Under the pieces are notes generated by a model. The model was given only the letters and a program-made list of their open reading frames with translations, did no database searches and had not been told where the DNA came from. From assembly GCF_018350175.1 (NCBI RefSeq), contig NC_058369.1:8620001-8684000 (forward strand): 64,000 bases of DNA, in the 5' to 3' direction. Below are positions 62,248-64,000 of the stretch, in pieces (within the stretch, counting starts at the first letter, position 1; each line of letters starts with the position of its first letter). A program made the translations under genes and the position numbers. The stretch is from Felis catus (Eukaryota).

Positions 62248-62369
62248 CTGGCCCAGAAGTACGACCACCAGCGGGAGCAGGAGCTTCGAGAATGGATCGA
62301 GGGGGTGACAGGGCGCCGCATCGGCAACAACTTCATGGACGGCCTCAAAGATGGCATCATTCTTTGCGA
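62248..62369 (+). CDS. CNN1: Calponin-1 exon 2 (start of CH domain); gene continues beyond the window
   Basis: [40 protein letters not shown]; cag/gtgagt. Confidence 0.96.
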
Positions 62370-62738
62370 GTGAGTGGAGCAGACTCTGCCTTGGGCTGCC
62401 CTCAACCTGGGCGTTCATCCCCGCCCCTCAACCCCTCAACCAACTAGGGGCTCCAAGCCGGGTCAGGCACTTTATATCCAAGACCTGGGAACAGTGGTGG
62501 CAAATGATCATTGTGCCCATTTAACAGGAAAGAAAACTGAGGCTCAGGTAAAACACATGGCCCCAAGTCCCATACTGTTCCAACAGAAGTGACTCCACAA
62601 TCTAGGAAGGCAGGGCGGGGCCCATTTATGGCCTCCAAGAGTTCCGAGTTCCAAGAAAGAGAGATCGTGGCCAGAGGGCAACAGGCAATGATGGCTGTCC
62701 ATCACTGGCTTGACATGAGAGATATACCACAGTCATTT

Positions 62739-62958
62739 TTTTTTAAATTTTTTTTCAACGTTTATTTATTTTTGAGACAGAGAGAGACAGAGCATGAACG
62801 GGGGAGGGGCAGAGAGAGAGGGAGACACAGAATCGGAAACAGGCTCCAGGCTCCGAGCCATCAGCCCAGAGCCCGACGCGGGGCTCGAACCCACGGACCG
62901 CGAGATCGTGACCTGGCTGAAGTCGGACGCTTAACCGACTGCGCCACCCAGGCGCCCC
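62739..62958 (-). mobile_element. Young SINEC_Fc-type SINE with perfect 13-bp TSD
   Basis: accacagtcattt at 62726-62738 and 62959-62971. Confidence 0.93.
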
Positions 62959-64000
62959 ACCACAGTCATTTAAGTAGGTCCCCATCTTCTACTCTTCTCA
63001 GAACTTAAATCATCGAGAGAAATGAAAGCCCACGCAGCTCCCAGGCTTTGATTCCAGATTCCACGGCAACGTTAATGCTGGCTAGGGCCCTGAGCCCAGT
63101 GGGGGTCCTGTCTGCATCTCTGAGTCTGACCCAGGGCAGGGTGACCATGGTGGCCGGAGAATGCCCTTGAGAAGCTTCCCGAAGGTGCAGGCTTACCCAG
63201 ATCTAGGTGCTGGAAAGGTGGCAGGGTGGGGAGATCCTGTTCTGTCGTATCCACTCGGGACAAGGAATAGGGGGACACCTTGGTGTCCCAGCTCGGACAG
63301 GGTTGCTTGGACATTAAAGAGTGCCAAGCCCACCCCCCACACCTCCCCCCATTCAGTCCTTCATGCCTCGAGAATTTATGGAGCACCTGCTGCGTGCCAG
63401 GTCTAGGCACTGGGGATAATGAACAAAACAGACTTGACTTTGAGTTCACGTAGAGCTTTCGTCCTAGTGAGGGCAGATCGATCAAATAATCAATGAGATA
63501 ATCACATAACATACTTGCCGAGGGTGGGAAGTGACGTGGAGGAAAGTCTGGTGGGGATGGACGGGGACCCGGGGTGGGGAAAAGGGTGGCTGCTTTGTAC
63601 AGAATGGCCTGGAAGGTCTTTCTGAAGAGGTAACATTTGAGAGGAATCTTGGATGAAGTGAGGGAGGGACCTGGGAGGGCGTCTGAGGGGAGAGTGGGTC
63701 AGGCAGGGGGGCAGCCGTGCAAAGGCCCTGAGGTGGGAGTGAGCGAGTGTAGTGTGTTCAAGGAACAACCAGGAGAGATATGAGGAGGTGGAGAGAGTTA
63801 GCTGGGCGGAGCGGAGCTGGGGGGGGGGCACACTTTCAGTCATGCTAAGTATTAGGATCTTTATTCTGAAGGGAAAGCATGGGACAGCTTTGAATTGGGA
63901 AGTAACTAGAATTATTGTTGAAAAGACCATTCGAGCTACAAGATGAAGGGTCGGGAGGAGACATGGTGGAAGCTGGGAGCCCCAGGGAGGCCCCTGCAAA

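Overview
Mammalian genomic DNA, probably a felid given the abundant Can-SINEs, including young SINEC_Fc-type copies. The window is GC-rich and gene-dense, with the gene order ELAVL3-ZNF653-ECSIT-CNN1 known from human 19p13.2. I reconstructed all coding exons by hand from GT-AG boundaries and reading phase. ELAVL3/HuC (minus, 7 coding exons, 367 aa), ZNF653 (minus, 9 exons, 616 aa) and ECSIT (minus, 7 coding exons, 433 aa, plus a probable non-coding exon 1 near 49.3 kb) are complete. CNN1 (plus) is represented by exons 1-2 only. The rest is introns, CpG islands and SINE, LINE, LTR and DNA-transposon fossils. There is no prokaryote-type system such as CRISPR or an operon. The main leads not explained by these genes are: (1) a decayed, apparently spliced multi-pass membrane-protein gene head-to-head with ECSIT (50.0-52.1 kb); (2) a spliced 26-codon ECSIT uORF whose stop overlaps the main ATG; (3) candidate unannotated exons in ZNF653 intron 3 and ELAVL3 introns 3 and 5; (4) two orphan promoter-like islands; (5) RE1, RFX, CTCF and CArG sites. 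All of these were read by eye and none was tested by search.
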